Source: Pirellulales bacterium (GTDB lineage Bacteria > Planctomycetota > Planctomycetia > Pirellulales > JALHPA01). Taken from it: 64,000 nucleotides of DNA. A model generated the notes under the pieces. That model made no database searches, was not told the DNA's origin, and was given only the letters and a program-made list of their open reading frames with translations. Each line of letters opens with the position of its first letter. The first letter of the stretch is position 1. The stretch covers positions 5,641-69,640 of the forward strand of contig JBGSSS010000136.1 of NCBI GenBank assembly GCA_041736895.1, read 5' to 3'. A program made the position numbers and the translations under genes. Shown in pieces: positions 44,501-53,721 of this stretch.

Positions 44501-45049
44501 ATGAGCAAAACAACAACAGCATCATTCGCCGAAACATTGCAACAACACTGCAGCCAACTCGGCCACAATCTGGCCGAGCTTTCCGCAGGCCAAAACGTTC
44601 TCGTACTGTTCCTGCGGCACAGTGGCTGCACGTTCTGCCGCGAGGCGCTCGCCGATCTCGCCAAACAGCGGGCCAAAATCGAAGCGGAGGGGACCAAACT
44701 CGCGGTGGTGCATCTTGGGGCCGAAGATGCTCACACGCAGAAGTTCTTTGCCGCCTACGGCTTATCCGACATCGACCGGTTCAGCGATCCCGAGAAGCAT
44801 CTTTATGCCGCGTTCGAATTGAAACGCGGTACCATCGGGCAACTGCTCGGCCCGACAGTTTGGTGGCGGGGGATGCTGGCCTTCTTCCGCGGCAATGGCC
44901 TCGGCATGCTCAACGGTGACGGGTTGCAAATGCCCGGTGCGTTTGTGATCCGCGACAGTCAGGTCGTCAAAGCGTATCGCCACGCGACGGCGGCGGATCG
45001 GCCGGATTATGCTGAGCTGGCGTGTGGAATTCGCGAATTCAATCCCTGA
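44501..45049 (+). CDS. thioredoxin-fold peroxiredoxin-like (AhpC/TSA-type) redox protein
   Basis: The CTFC redox motif sits in LFLRHSGCTFCREAL. 182 aa. Confidence 0.7.
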   Translation: MSKTTTASFAETLQQHCSQLGHNLAELSAGQNVLVLFLRHSGCTFCREALADLAKQRAKIEAEGTKLAVVHLGAEDAHTQKFFAAYGLSDIDRFSDPEKHLYAAFELKRGTIGQLLGPTVWWRGMLAFFRGNGLGMLNGDGLQMPGAFVIRDSQVVKAYRHATAADRPDYAELACGIREFNP

Positions 45050-45159
45050 GCCGGGGATGTTAATCCCCGGATGCGCGACGCGCGACTCGGAGTTCAAGGA
45101 AATATCCGCTGCGCCTTGCGTGCGATTTGACTCCCTGGCTAACGCCTCGGGCTTTCATC

Positions 45160-47064
45160 TTAAAACTTAATCAACTCATACTGCTGCACTAGCGCGAGCA
45201 ACACCTCGTCCGCGACTTTGTCCGGGTCGTATTCGATCGTGACACCTTTGAGCTCTAGCAGTTCTTCCTTGTTCACGCGTTGGCTAATCGTGACCAGCTT
45301 CGTCGTCGGAGCGAGCTTCGCCAGGTCCTTAATCAATTGCGCGGCTTTCGCCGGATCGAACGCTTTGTCCTTGATCCGCATCTTCTTGAACGTCGCTTCT
45401 TTGAGCGTCACCGTGCGGTTGAAGACGAGTTTGTCCGGCGTGCTCTCTTTGTCGATGCAGAAGTAGCCCATGCGTTCAAACTGGAATTTGTCACCGACGG
45501 CTGCATCTTTCAACACCGGCTCGACCTTGGCGTCTTTCAGCACAACGAGCGACGCCGGGTTGATGTTGTCGAGGTATGTCTTCCCCGGTTCCAAATCGTC
45601 CGGATCGAGCTTGCTGAAGAGCGTGTCGTAGACGCGAACTTCGGCATTGAGCGCGTGCTCGGCCGAGACCCAATGGATCACGCCCTGGACCTTGCGGCCA
45701 TCGGCCGGATTCTTGCCGAGCGTTTCGGGATCGTGCGTGCAATGAAGTTCGGTGATGTTGCCCGCCGCGTCCTTGACGACGTTCGTGCACTTGACGACGT
45801 AACCGTAGCGGAGGCGAACCTCGGCACCCGGCGCGAGGCGGAAGAATTTCTTCGGCGGGTTCTCGAGGAAATCCTCGCGTTCGATGTACAGCACGCGACT
45901 GAACGGAATCTGCCGCGAGCCGGCGCTCGGGTCCTCCGGATTGTTCACCGCGTCGAGGAGTTCGACCTGCCCCTCGGGATAGCTCGTGATGATGAGTTTC
46001 AGCGGGTGCAGGACGCCCATCACGCGGTTGGCGGTTTTGTTCAGGTCCTCGCGGATGCAGTTTTCGAGCAGCCCCAGTTCGTTTTTGCTTTCGGTCTTGG
46101 TGATGCCGATTCGATCGCAAAACAGCCGCATCCCGGCGGGCGTGTACCCGCGGCGGCGAATGCCGCAGATCGTCGGCATCCGCGGATCATCCCACCCGCG
46201 CACATAGTTGCCTTTGACGAGTTCGAGTAACCGCCGCTTGCTCATCACCGTGTATGTGAGATTCAATCTGGCGAATTCGATCTGCTGCGGCGCGTGGATG
46301 CCGAGTTCCGCAATGAACCAGTCATACAACGGGCGATGGTTCTCGAATTCGAGTGTGCAGATCGAGTGCGTGATCCCTTCCAGACTGTCACTTTGCCCGT
46401 GGGCGTAATCGTACATCGGGTAGATGCACCACTTGTCGCCCGTGTTGTGATGCGTCGCGTGCAGGATACGGTACAAGACCGGATCACGCAGGTTCACGTT
46501 CGGCGAGGCCATGTCGATCTTCGCGCGCAACGTTCGGCTCGCGTCGGGAAACTCGCCAGCCTTCATCCGCGCGAACAGATCGAGATTTTCCGCCACTGGC
46601 CGCTCACGATAAGGGCTGTTCTTGCCCGGCTCGTTCAGCGTGCCGCGATACTCGCGGACTTGATCGCCGGTCAGGTCGCAGACGTAAGCCTTGCCCTTCT
46701 TGATCAGCTCGACCGCCCAATCATAGAGCTGATCGAAGTACGAGCTCGCCCAGAACATGTTGTCCCAGTTGAACCCGAGCCAGCGGACGTCGTCCTTGAT
46801 GCTATTGACGTACTCTTCGTCTTCCTTCGTCGGGTTCGTATCATCAAACCGCAGATTGCACTTGCCGCCGTAGTCGCGCGCGATGCCAAAGTTCAAGCAG
46901 ATGCTCTTGGCATGCCCAATGTGCAGGTATCCATTTGGCTCGGGCGGAAAACGCGTCAGGACCTTGCCGCCGAAGCGTCCGGTGCGGTTGTGCTCGTCGA
47001 TGATGTCGCGGATGAAGTTCGACGGTTTGTCAGCGGCGTCAGGAGTTTTGGATTCGTTGCTCAT
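45160..47064 (-). CDS. glnS: glutaminyl-tRNA synthetase with ~65-75 aa C-terminal extension
   Basis: [14 protein letters not shown] (HIGH) and VMSKR (KMSKS). The GlnRS-type anticodon domain ends near [11 protein letters not shown], then 77 further residues follow. Confidence 0.9.
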   Translation of the reverse strand: MSNESKTPDAADKPSNFIRDIIDEHNRTGRFGGKVLTRFPPEPNGYLHIGHAKSICLNFGIARDYGGKCNLRFDDTNPTKEDEEYVNSIKDDVRWLGFNWDNMFWASSYFDQLYDWAVELIKKGKAYVCDLTGDQVREYRGTLNEPGKNSPYRERPVAENLDLFARMKAGEFPDASRTLRAKIDMASPNVNLRDPVLYRILHATHHNTGDKWCIYPMYDYAHGQSDSLEGITHSICTLEFENHRPLYDWFIAELGIHAPQQIEFARLNLTYTVMSKRRLLELVKGNYVRGWDDPRMPTICGIRRRGYTPAGMRLFCDRIGITKTESKNELGLLENCIREDLNKTANRVMGVLHPLKLIITSYPEGQVELLDAVNNPEDPSAGSRQIPFSRVLYIEREDFLENPPKKFFRLAPGAEVRLRYGYVVKCTNVVKDAAGNITELHCTHDPETLGKNPADGRKVQGVIHWVSAEHALNAEVRVYDTLFSKLDPDDLEPGKTYLDNINPASLVVLKDAKVEPVLKDAAVGDKFQFERMGYFCIDKESTPDKLVFNRTVTLKEATFKKMRIKDKAFDPAKAAQLIKDLAKLAPTTKLVTISQRVNKEELLELKGVTIEYDPDKVADEVLLALVQQYELIKF

Positions 47065-47096
47065 ATAACAATGACGCCGAGATCAACGGCGGGTTC

Positions 47097-47128
47097 AAAA
47101 AAACAAAGCCGCCGATGGCATCGGCGGG
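47097..47128 (-). terminator. Rho-independent terminator of the low-GC membrane gene
   Basis: On the minus strand the cccgccgat / atcggcggc stem is followed by TTTGTTTTTTT. Confidence 0.7.
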
Positions 47129-47239
47129 CATTCTTGCGGGTCGTGTGAGTGAAATTGCCGGAAGAATTATGGCAATTTTAAGCTTGCTTGGCTATGGAGA
47201 TAACTCAATTCGGTGCTCTATGGCTGCATCAGTCTCGGA

Positions 47240-47854
47240 TTATTCGGTTTCTACTCTTAGACTTTCCAAATCGGCCTCGACTTCATGCTTCCATTCCTGT
47301 CGATATTTGAGAATGCAGCATGCAGCAGCGATCAGTGTGATCACTGGCGAAAAATAAATTAGACCATTCACACCGTTGCGCACCCAAGTCAAGCTATTAG
47401 GTCGTGCATCAACGCGGAATGCTAGAAGATCACCAGGATAACGAGGCTGAAACCCGATTCCGATTTGCCCGATACCACCAAAAATTAACCAGACAACCAT
47501 AGCGATGACTGCAGCCCAGACGATGAATTTATTTGCTTGATGTATCATACAACACCTTTTAGAGGCGATTGCCAAAACGAGAAGATAAAGAACTCCATTG
47601 AGAAAACCACCAAGCAAACCATAGCCGGCTCCGTGGAGAATGATTGTTAGCCAAGGTAACGTAACATAGTACGTTTGCTGCGGTACATTAAAGTATTCCT
47701 TTGAAATGACTCGACTCAAGGAACTTGTGAGAACTCCAATGAGAATTCCAACGCACACACTGAATAACAAAATGAAACCTATCTCACGCCTATGAAGACA
47801 TGGTGGCAATCTTTTTATTATTGCTGCCTGCGGCGGAGAGTAGGGGTTTTCCAT
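47240..47854 (-). CDS. polytopic membrane protein, unknown function, low G+C
   Basis: 204 aa with five or six hydrophobic helices. It is clearly more AT-rich than the flanking aaRS genes. Confidence 0.5.
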   Translation of the reverse strand: MENPYSPPQAAIIKRLPPCLHRREIGFILLFSVCVGILIGVLTSSLSRVISKEYFNVPQQTYYVTLPWLTIILHGAGYGLLGGFLNGVLYLLVLAIASKRCCMIHQANKFIVWAAVIAMVVWLIFGGIGQIGIGFQPRYPGDLLAFRVDARPNSLTWVRNGVNGLIYFSPVITLIAAACCILKYRQEWKHEVEADLESLRVETE

Positions 47855-47865
47855 AAGAATAAATC

Positions 47866-49716
47866 TTAGGCAGTTTGCTTGCTAAGCATCAAGTCGATAC
47901 GAGCTAAGCAACGTTCTTTACCCAAGATCGCCAGCGTATCGTACAGCCCCATCCCGACGGTTTTCCCGCAGAGGGCCAGTCGTAGCGGATGAATCAACTC
48001 GCCGACTTTCACGCCGCGGGCATCGACAAAGGCCTTGAGCGCCGTTTCGAGCGGACCGACTTCGAACGCTTCGATCTTCGCTAGTTCGTGGCGGAACGCG
48101 GCGAGCAGGTCGCGCGCGCCGGGTTTGGCGAATGTCTTCGTGAGCTCTTCGGCGTTCACCGGCAAAGCCTCGTCAGACACAAAGAACTCGCTGAAGTTCA
48201 GGATGTCGCCGTAGACCTTGAGCCGGTCGCCGGCCGCTTCGATGATTTTGGTTACTTCTGGCCCCGTGGAGCATTCGGTCTTCTCAGGCAGCAAGCCGGC
48301 GCGTTTCAAGTAGTCAATCATCCGCGGCGTTTTCTTCTTCGCCGGCAGTTCGGCAAAGTAGTGCTCCTGGAACGACATGAGCTTTTTGGGATCGAAGCTG
48401 GCCGGGGCTTTGTTGACGCGTTCGAGCGAGAATCCTTTGATCATCTCCTCTTGCGTGAAGTATTCGGTTTTGTCATCGAACGACCAGCCGAGCAGTAGCA
48501 AGTAATTTACGATCGCGTGAGGTAAGTAGCCGACTTGTTCGTAAAAATCGACGATCACCGGGTTGAAAGTTTCATCTATCAAATCATAAATTTTCGAAGC
48601 ATTTTTTATGCTTTTGATATAACTTCTGGCATAATTCTCGTTATCTAAAATTTCCAGAATTTGCCTAGTCATTTGCAAAGTAAATTCTGTGGTAAACACC
48701 GACTTTGATTTATCTAGTGCTGCAAATTGTGCTTTGACAACTATTTCTTTTAAAAGACTGATACAGTCAGGTTCATCAAGAAATTCATTTGGAATATCTT
48801 CTAGTATCTGCACAATTGCCTGATCAATTCTTTTTTCCGCATCTTTGATTGCCAGCCCAATTTTCTTGCCATGATCATTCACTGCCGCAAAATCCTTGTT
48901 TAGTAAATATTTTGGTAGCTTCCGCTTGCTGAGCTTCGTCTTGCTCCCCGGTTCTGCAACGTAGGGCAAGTGCGCGTAGCGCGGCAGTTCGTACCCTAGG
49001 GACTGTGCAATGAAGATCTGGCGCGGCGTGTTGCTCAGGTGTTCTTCGGCGCGGATCACGTGGCTGATTTGCATGTCGTAGTCATCGACGACGCTCGCCA
49101 AGTGATACAGGCACGTCCCGTCGGCGCGTTGGATAACGTGGTCGCTTTCGTTGGCCCATTGGAACTCGACCTGGCCGCGGATGAGGTCGTCGATGACGAG
49201 CGTGCCCTCGCGCGGCATGAAGAGTCGGACGACGGCTTGCCGACCTGCTGCCTTCGCTTCCGCGATTCGCCCGGCATTCTCGGGCAGCGACGGATGCTCA
49301 GCCCAATCGCGGGGATACACGAAGTTTTGCTTCGCTTTCTCGGCCGCTTCGCGCAGTTTCACGATCTCGGCCGGATCGGCGTAATCGCGGTAGGCGTGGC
49401 CGCTCGCGAGGAGCTTCTCGGCGGCCGCGCGATACTTATCGCCGCGCTGCGATTGAAAGTACGGCGCGTGGGGGCCGGTGCTGCTGGTGCCGTCCTTGGT
49501 CGGCCCTTCGTCCCAGTCGATGCCGAGCCACTCGAAGCCGTGCAGAATCGGCTGCAGCGCCGCCGAGACGTTGCGTTCGGCATCGGTGTCGTCGATGCGC
49601 AGCAGGAACTCCCCGCCGTGTTGCCGCGCGAACAGCCAATTGAACAGCGCCGTACGCACGCCGCCGATGTGCAGGTAACCAGTCGGGCTGGGAGCGAAAC
49701 GAGTACGAACCTTCAT
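47866..49716 (-). CDS. gltX: glutamyl-tRNA synthetase carrying a ~115-aa AT-rich in-frame insertion after the KMSKS loop
   Basis: SPTGYLHIGG (HIGH), KLSKRK (KMSKS) and GYLPHAIVNYLLLLGW. 616 aa from the ATG at 49716, versus the roughly 470-500 aa typical of bacterial GluRS. Confidence 0.9.
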   Translation of the reverse strand: MKVRTRFAPSPTGYLHIGGVRTALFNWLFARQHGGEFLLRIDDTDAERNVSAALQPILHGFEWLGIDWDEGPTKDGTSSTGPHAPYFQSQRGDKYRAAAEKLLASGHAYRDYADPAEIVKLREAAEKAKQNFVYPRDWAEHPSLPENAGRIAEAKAAGRQAVVRLFMPREGTLVIDDLIRGQVEFQWANESDHVIQRADGTCLYHLASVVDDYDMQISHVIRAEEHLSNTPRQIFIAQSLGYELPRYAHLPYVAEPGSKTKLSKRKLPKYLLNKDFAAVNDHGKKIGLAIKDAEKRIDQAIVQILEDIPNEFLDEPDCISLLKEIVVKAQFAALDKSKSVFTTEFTLQMTRQILEILDNENYARSYIKSIKNASKIYDLIDETFNPVIVDFYEQVGYLPHAIVNYLLLLGWSFDDKTEYFTQEEMIKGFSLERVNKAPASFDPKKLMSFQEHYFAELPAKKKTPRMIDYLKRAGLLPEKTECSTGPEVTKIIEAAGDRLKVYGDILNFSEFFVSDEALPVNAEELTKTFAKPGARDLLAAFRHELAKIEAFEVGPLETALKAFVDARGVKVGELIHPLRLALCGKTVGMGLYDTLAILGKERCLARIDLMLSKQTA

Positions 49717-49996
49717 CGGGTCAATCGCGTGCGAGGAAATGGCGAAAAGTAGCTCGAAGCCGTGCTTCGAGCGATTCGTTCGTAGCAATGGCTACGAACT
49801 ACTTGAGTTGACTGCATCACTGGCAGTCGCTGCCATTATAGAAATTACGCCGCATGGCGCGCAGGGCTAATTGCTTCGCCGCAAAAATGAGCGGGGAGAG
49901 TTTTTTGCCGCAAAGAAAACAAAGAAAGCAAAGAGGGGGAGCAAGTTTTGCCTCGGTACAACTTCTTCCTCCATACTCCTTCCTTCTTCCTCCTGA

Positions 49997-51190
49997 TCAA
50001 TCGTCATCCCGTTCTTGCCGACGCAAGCGCTTCCTGTCCGCGCGGCTCAACTTCGAGCGCGGCGTGTTGTGCGTCGTGTCGTGATCTTCGTCATCGTCCT
50101 CGTCATTCACGACGGGCTTGGCCGGAGCGGGCTTACTCGCCGCGGCGAAGTGCGGCGCGGGGACGGTCGGCTTTGCTGTGACTGGGGCGGGCTTGGCCTT
50201 GGGCTTTTCTTCAGTCGCTGTTTCGGCACTGGCCGTTGTCGCGGCTGGCTTGTCGCGGCGCCAAAACTTACCCGCACTCAGCCACGAACGCGGCTTCGAT
50301 TCAACTTCGTTGAGTTCAGCATCAACTTCCGCTTCTGGTTTGCGCTTCGGCTTGCGCGGCTTTGGTTTGCGTACGTGAGGACTGAGAACACCTTCGATTT
50401 CGAGCAGCATCTGTCGTGCGTAAAGCAGGCAACACATGGCGATCGAGCCGGCACCGAACATCAACGTGCCTTCAATCAAGAGACACGTCTCGACGCCCGC
50501 GATGGTGAGGTACCCTGACTTCGTCAGCAAGCACGTACTCAAACTAACGATTCCAACGACGCCACTCGCGAGGCAGAGCCGATTGCGTTTGACCTCGAAG
50601 AAGACTCGCCCGCCAATGCCGACGATGGCCAGGATCGCGGGCGCAGCCCACCAGAGTTTCACCGTGGCGTCCGTTGCGTTGCCGCCAATCAAGCGGGCAC
50701 AAACCAGACCCCAAACCTCGTGCAATGGCACAATCGCGCAGACGCTGGCGAGAAACAACGCCGGCACCACAAACAGCCACAGCCGATAATGCCCCGCGTA
50801 ATCATCTAAGCGAAAGCGCCGCAACCCATAGACGATCGTCGCAAGAAGACCGGCTCCGCCAAAGGCGACACTCGAAAACCACGCGGCCAGGTTCGCCGGC
50901 TGATTCAGATCAAGACCCGGCACCGTGGCGAGTTGCAACCAGTCGGCGATTGACGTGCGGCCCAGATGCGCACCGATGATCGCGGCCATCGTCAGCACGG
51001 CGGCGCTGAACCACGCGGCGACAAAGCGGCGGCGGCGGGGTATCAAATCGCGGAGGCGCAAGTCCGCAAACGCCGTGACACCCTCGCCATACGCGACGGG
51101 CTCGCGCATTTCGCTAGCCGAGTCGTGAATGCTCTCATTGTTGACCGATTCCTCGGTCAAATTGCGGCGGCGGTCACGCGAACGAATCAT
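49997..51190 (-). CDS. polytopic membrane protein with Lys/Pro/Ala-rich C-terminal tail, unknown function
   Basis: I chose the ATG at 51190. Seven or eight TM segments, then a basic low-complexity tail. Confidence 0.55.
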   Translation of the reverse strand: MIRSRDRRRNLTEESVNNESIHDSASEMREPVAYGEGVTAFADLRLRDLIPRRRRFVAAWFSAAVLTMAAIIGAHLGRTSIADWLQLATVPGLDLNQPANLAAWFSSVAFGGAGLLATIVYGLRRFRLDDYAGHYRLWLFVVPALFLASVCAIVPLHEVWGLVCARLIGGNATDATVKLWWAAPAILAIVGIGGRVFFEVKRNRLCLASGVVGIVSLSTCLLTKSGYLTIAGVETCLLIEGTLMFGAGSIAMCCLLYARQMLLEIEGVLSPHVRKPKPRKPKRKPEAEVDAELNEVESKPRSWLSAGKFWRRDKPAATTASAETATEEKPKAKPAPVTAKPTVPAPHFAAASKPAPAKPVVNDEDDDEDHDTTHNTPRSKLSRADRKRLRRQERDDD

Positions 51191-51436
51191 GCGACAGTTC
51201 GATCCCTTCGTCCTTGAAGGCGGCGCAAGCAGGAGCGATGCGCCGATAGCATGGCCGCGGTTCGGAAGGGCCGCGGTCACTTGAATCTTTTTTGAGGCGG
51301 CGGCAAGTCTTCCCTGACTTGTCCATCTTTCAGCCGTGAACGGAATCACGGCACGAAGAGATACCTCTGAGAGAAGAAATCGGCATTTTGCATTAGCGAA
51401 TTCAATGCAGCGGAGAACGGCGGTTTATCTTATCGT

Positions 51437-51545
51437 AGGTCCCGCTGTCCTCAGCGGGACCTGGGGCGCAGGAGACGTGACGAATCGGGCTGTTGCTTCT
51501 TCGGCATCAAACGCCGCGCCAGGTCCCGGTCGGAGACCGGGACCT
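51437..51545. repeat. two hairpins with the shared stem AGGTCCCG / CGGGACCT (51437-51462 and 51521-51545)
   Basis: aggtcccgct gtcctc agcgggacct and aggtcccgg tcggaga ccgggacct. They are related to the stem of the 14508 terminator (agtcccgcc). Confidence 0.75.
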
Positions 51546-52596
51546 ACAGCAAAAATCCCATGCTCGTCATCTCGTTTTTGTTGGCGTTCAAGCGGCGGAG
51601 CTGAAACTCGTAGCCGCTAGCGCGGAGGAGTTGCTTGTACGCTGGCAAGAGTTCGTAGCCCTCGCTGCCGCGAAATTTTGTCGTCACGACAAAGTTCCGA
51701 CACCAGCGCTGCCCGAGCCACTGCTGCAGCAGTTCCAGCGTCCGTTGCGGAAATGCCGCGACGTCGCAGAGCAACCAATCGACGGGCTGCGACGGTTCGT
51801 AGGCAAAGGCATCTCCCTTCACAAACTCGACGAGCGGACTGCACATCAGGTCCGCGCGCAGCGGGCTGCGATCAATCGCTGTGACGCTCGCGCCATGATT
51901 CACCGCAACCCAGGTCCATCCGCCGGGGCTCGCACCGAGATCGACGCACGTTTCGCCGCGCTGGATCATGCGGCCGAGCCGCTGCTCGGCTTCGACGAGT
52001 TTGGCGAAGGCCCGCGCCGGCGCTTCAAGATCACTCGCAATCGGCGGCTGACCCGCGGGGAAGAGACTCAACGCCGGCGCGGCGAGTTGAGCCTGCGCCG
52101 GAGTCATGTGCGACCAATACGCACTGTCGGCCGAGGTCCAGGCGGCTTGCAGCAATGTGCGCGTTATGCTCGTGCTTGTTTCGTTCGGCGTCCAGGTTTT
52201 CAGCAGACGCTTCTGCTTGCGCTTGAGCCAGTCGCGAAGACCTTCTTCGATCAATCCGATGCGCCGAGGCGAAACGGCGTTCGATTCAGGGACCGCCGCG
52301 CCGAGGAGCAGCGTCCACGGACCTTCTTCACCTTTCATTACCTCTAGGATTCGCTGTCCCAGCGTTTCGACCCATTGGTTGATCGACAGGGCGGTGAGAA
52401 CTTCCGCCGCGGGTAACGTTTGCCGGCTCCAAACCAGTGCTGGCCGCGTTGCCGGATCGAACTCCTTCCAAGCTGGCAGTGTCACGATGCCGGGCGCGGG
52501 GAACTTGATTGTCGTCGCCTCAAACTCCGCGCGGAGTTCCGTCGCCAACGGTTCTTCCCAACCCGGTTCACAAAGGGCGACGAGCAAGTTAGGCAA
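51544..52596 (-). CDS. RlmM-like (FtsJ-fold) rRNA 2'-O-methyltransferase
   Basis: SAM motif CVDLGASPGGWT, a THUMP-like N-terminal half, and a length of 350 aa comparable to RlmM. Confidence 0.7.
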   Translation of the reverse strand: MPNLLVALCEPGWEEPLATELRAEFEATTIKFPAPGIVTLPAWKEFDPATRPALVWSRQTLPAAEVLTALSINQWVETLGQRILEVMKGEEGPWTLLLGAAVPESNAVSPRRIGLIEEGLRDWLKRKQKRLLKTWTPNETSTSITRTLLQAAWTSADSAYWSHMTPAQAQLAAPALSLFPAGQPPIASDLEAPARAFAKLVEAEQRLGRMIQRGETCVDLGASPGGWTWVAVNHGASVTAIDRSPLRADLMCSPLVEFVKGDAFAYEPSQPVDWLLCDVAAFPQRTLELLQQWLGQRWCRNFVVTTKFRGSEGYELLPAYKQLLRASGYEFQLRRLNANKNEMTSMGFLL

Positions 52597-52622
52597 CTAC
52601 GTTTAAAGGAGTTTTAATTGGG

Positions 52623-52695
52623 TGCCACTGGCTTCGCCAGTGTTTGAGCTGATTGACTATCGTAGTCAACATTGCACTGGCAGAGCCAGTGGCAC
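52623..52695. repeat. 73-nt palindromic element foldable into three 7-bp hairpins
   Basis: cactggc ttc gccagtg (52626-52642), ttgacta tcg tagtcaa (52653-52669) and cactggc aga gccagtg (52675-52691). The outer 11-nt arms are gtgccactggc / gccagtggcac. Confidence 0.8.
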
Positions 52696-52703
52696 GCGCC
52701 AGC

Positions 52704-53510
52704 TTACGAACTACTCAACCTTGCAAAGACCGATTTGCAGTGCTGCAACAACTCATTGTAAGTGTTCTTTTCGATCTCAGGGCCGAGGAGTTCGACATCA
52801 TAATCGCCGTCGTAGCCGAGTCGGCGGAGTTCTTGAAAAATTTCCGCCAACGGGACGATACCATCGCCCAAGCGCAGACGCGTCTGCTCTTGCTCCGGCG
52901 CTTCGCGTCCATCGCCGAGATGCACCACGGCCAGATGCGGGGCCAAGTCCGCGAGTCGCGTTAAAATTTCTGGCTGCAAGCCCGCATGATAAGTATCGAG
53001 CGCGAAGCTGAGCGCCGGCGAGTCGAGTTTCTCGCGCAGTTGCAGCAGGTCGTCGACCTGCGTCAAGATGCTCCACTCGGCCGCGTAATTCGGGTGGACC
53101 ATTTCGAGGGCCAGCTTCACGCCGCGTTCTTCGGCGAGCGGCAGCAGATCCGCGAGCGCGTTTTGAAACAGTCGCCGCGCGTGATTCGTGGTGTGTCCCG
53201 CGCGGCCGCCGCTGTAGACGATGATCGTCGGGCATTTCATCCGCGCGGCGAGGTTGATCGCTTCGTGCGCGTCTTCGATCGCGTCGCGATAAGGGATACC
53301 GTCACTGCCTGTGAAGCCGCCGATCCAAACCATGTTCGATACGGCCAAACCCGAGGCGGCGAGCAACTCGACGGCGCGGTCTTCGCCGACGTCTGCGATC
53401 TTGCGACGCCACACGCCGATGGCCGAAATGCCGGCGGCTTGATATTGACGCAGGTCTTCTTCAAACGACCAGCGAAACGTCGTCAATTCGTTGATGGAGA
53501 GGCGCGGCAC
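52704..53510 (-). CDS. sugar phosphate isomerase/epimerase (xylose-isomerase-like TIM barrel)
   Basis: 268 aa with the typical AP-endonuclease-2/TIM-barrel pattern (LALEMVHP, DTYH, VHLGD). Confidence 0.8.
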   Translation of the reverse strand: MPRLSINELTTFRWSFEEDLRQYQAAGISAIGVWRRKIADVGEDRAVELLAASGLAVSNMVWIGGFTGSDGIPYRDAIEDAHEAINLAARMKCPTIIVYSGGRAGHTTNHARRLFQNALADLLPLAEERGVKLALEMVHPNYAAEWSILTQVDDLLQLREKLDSPALSFALDTYHAGLQPEILTRLADLAPHLAVVHLGDGREAPEQEQTRLRLGDGIVPLAEIFQELRRLGYDGDYDVELLGPEIEKNTYNELLQHCKSVFARLSSS

Positions 53511-53654
53511 GGCGAGTTCCCTCCTTTCAACAATCTTGACATCATGGCGAGAAAAATGACGCGGCTCGCCTCCCCGGCGAGCCTGTAGCAGTATCGGGAA
53601 TAAGCGGGGCGATGTAAAGCAAGACCGGCAGTTTCCTCCGCAAATGCGCCTCGC

Positions 53655-53684
53655 AAAAAAAATCCCAGGGAGTAAACCCCTGGG
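53655..53684 (-). terminator. Rho-independent terminator of the CCCAGGGG hairpin family
   Basis: The minus strand reads cccagggg ttta ctccctggg followed by A T8. It lies 38 nt after the stop of 53722-54720. Confidence 0.8.
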
Positions 53685-53721
53685 CTTTGCTTGATGGTGG
53701 AGATATTTTTATATCAGCGAC

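Noticed and set aside
48550-48900. The gltX insertion, considered as an intein or a mobile intron.
   Set aside because: There is no Cys/Ser/Thr nucleophile at a plausible N-extein junction, no C-terminal His-Asn plus nucleophile, and no homing-endonuclease motifs. The frame is continuous and the sequence looks like a helical protein segment.
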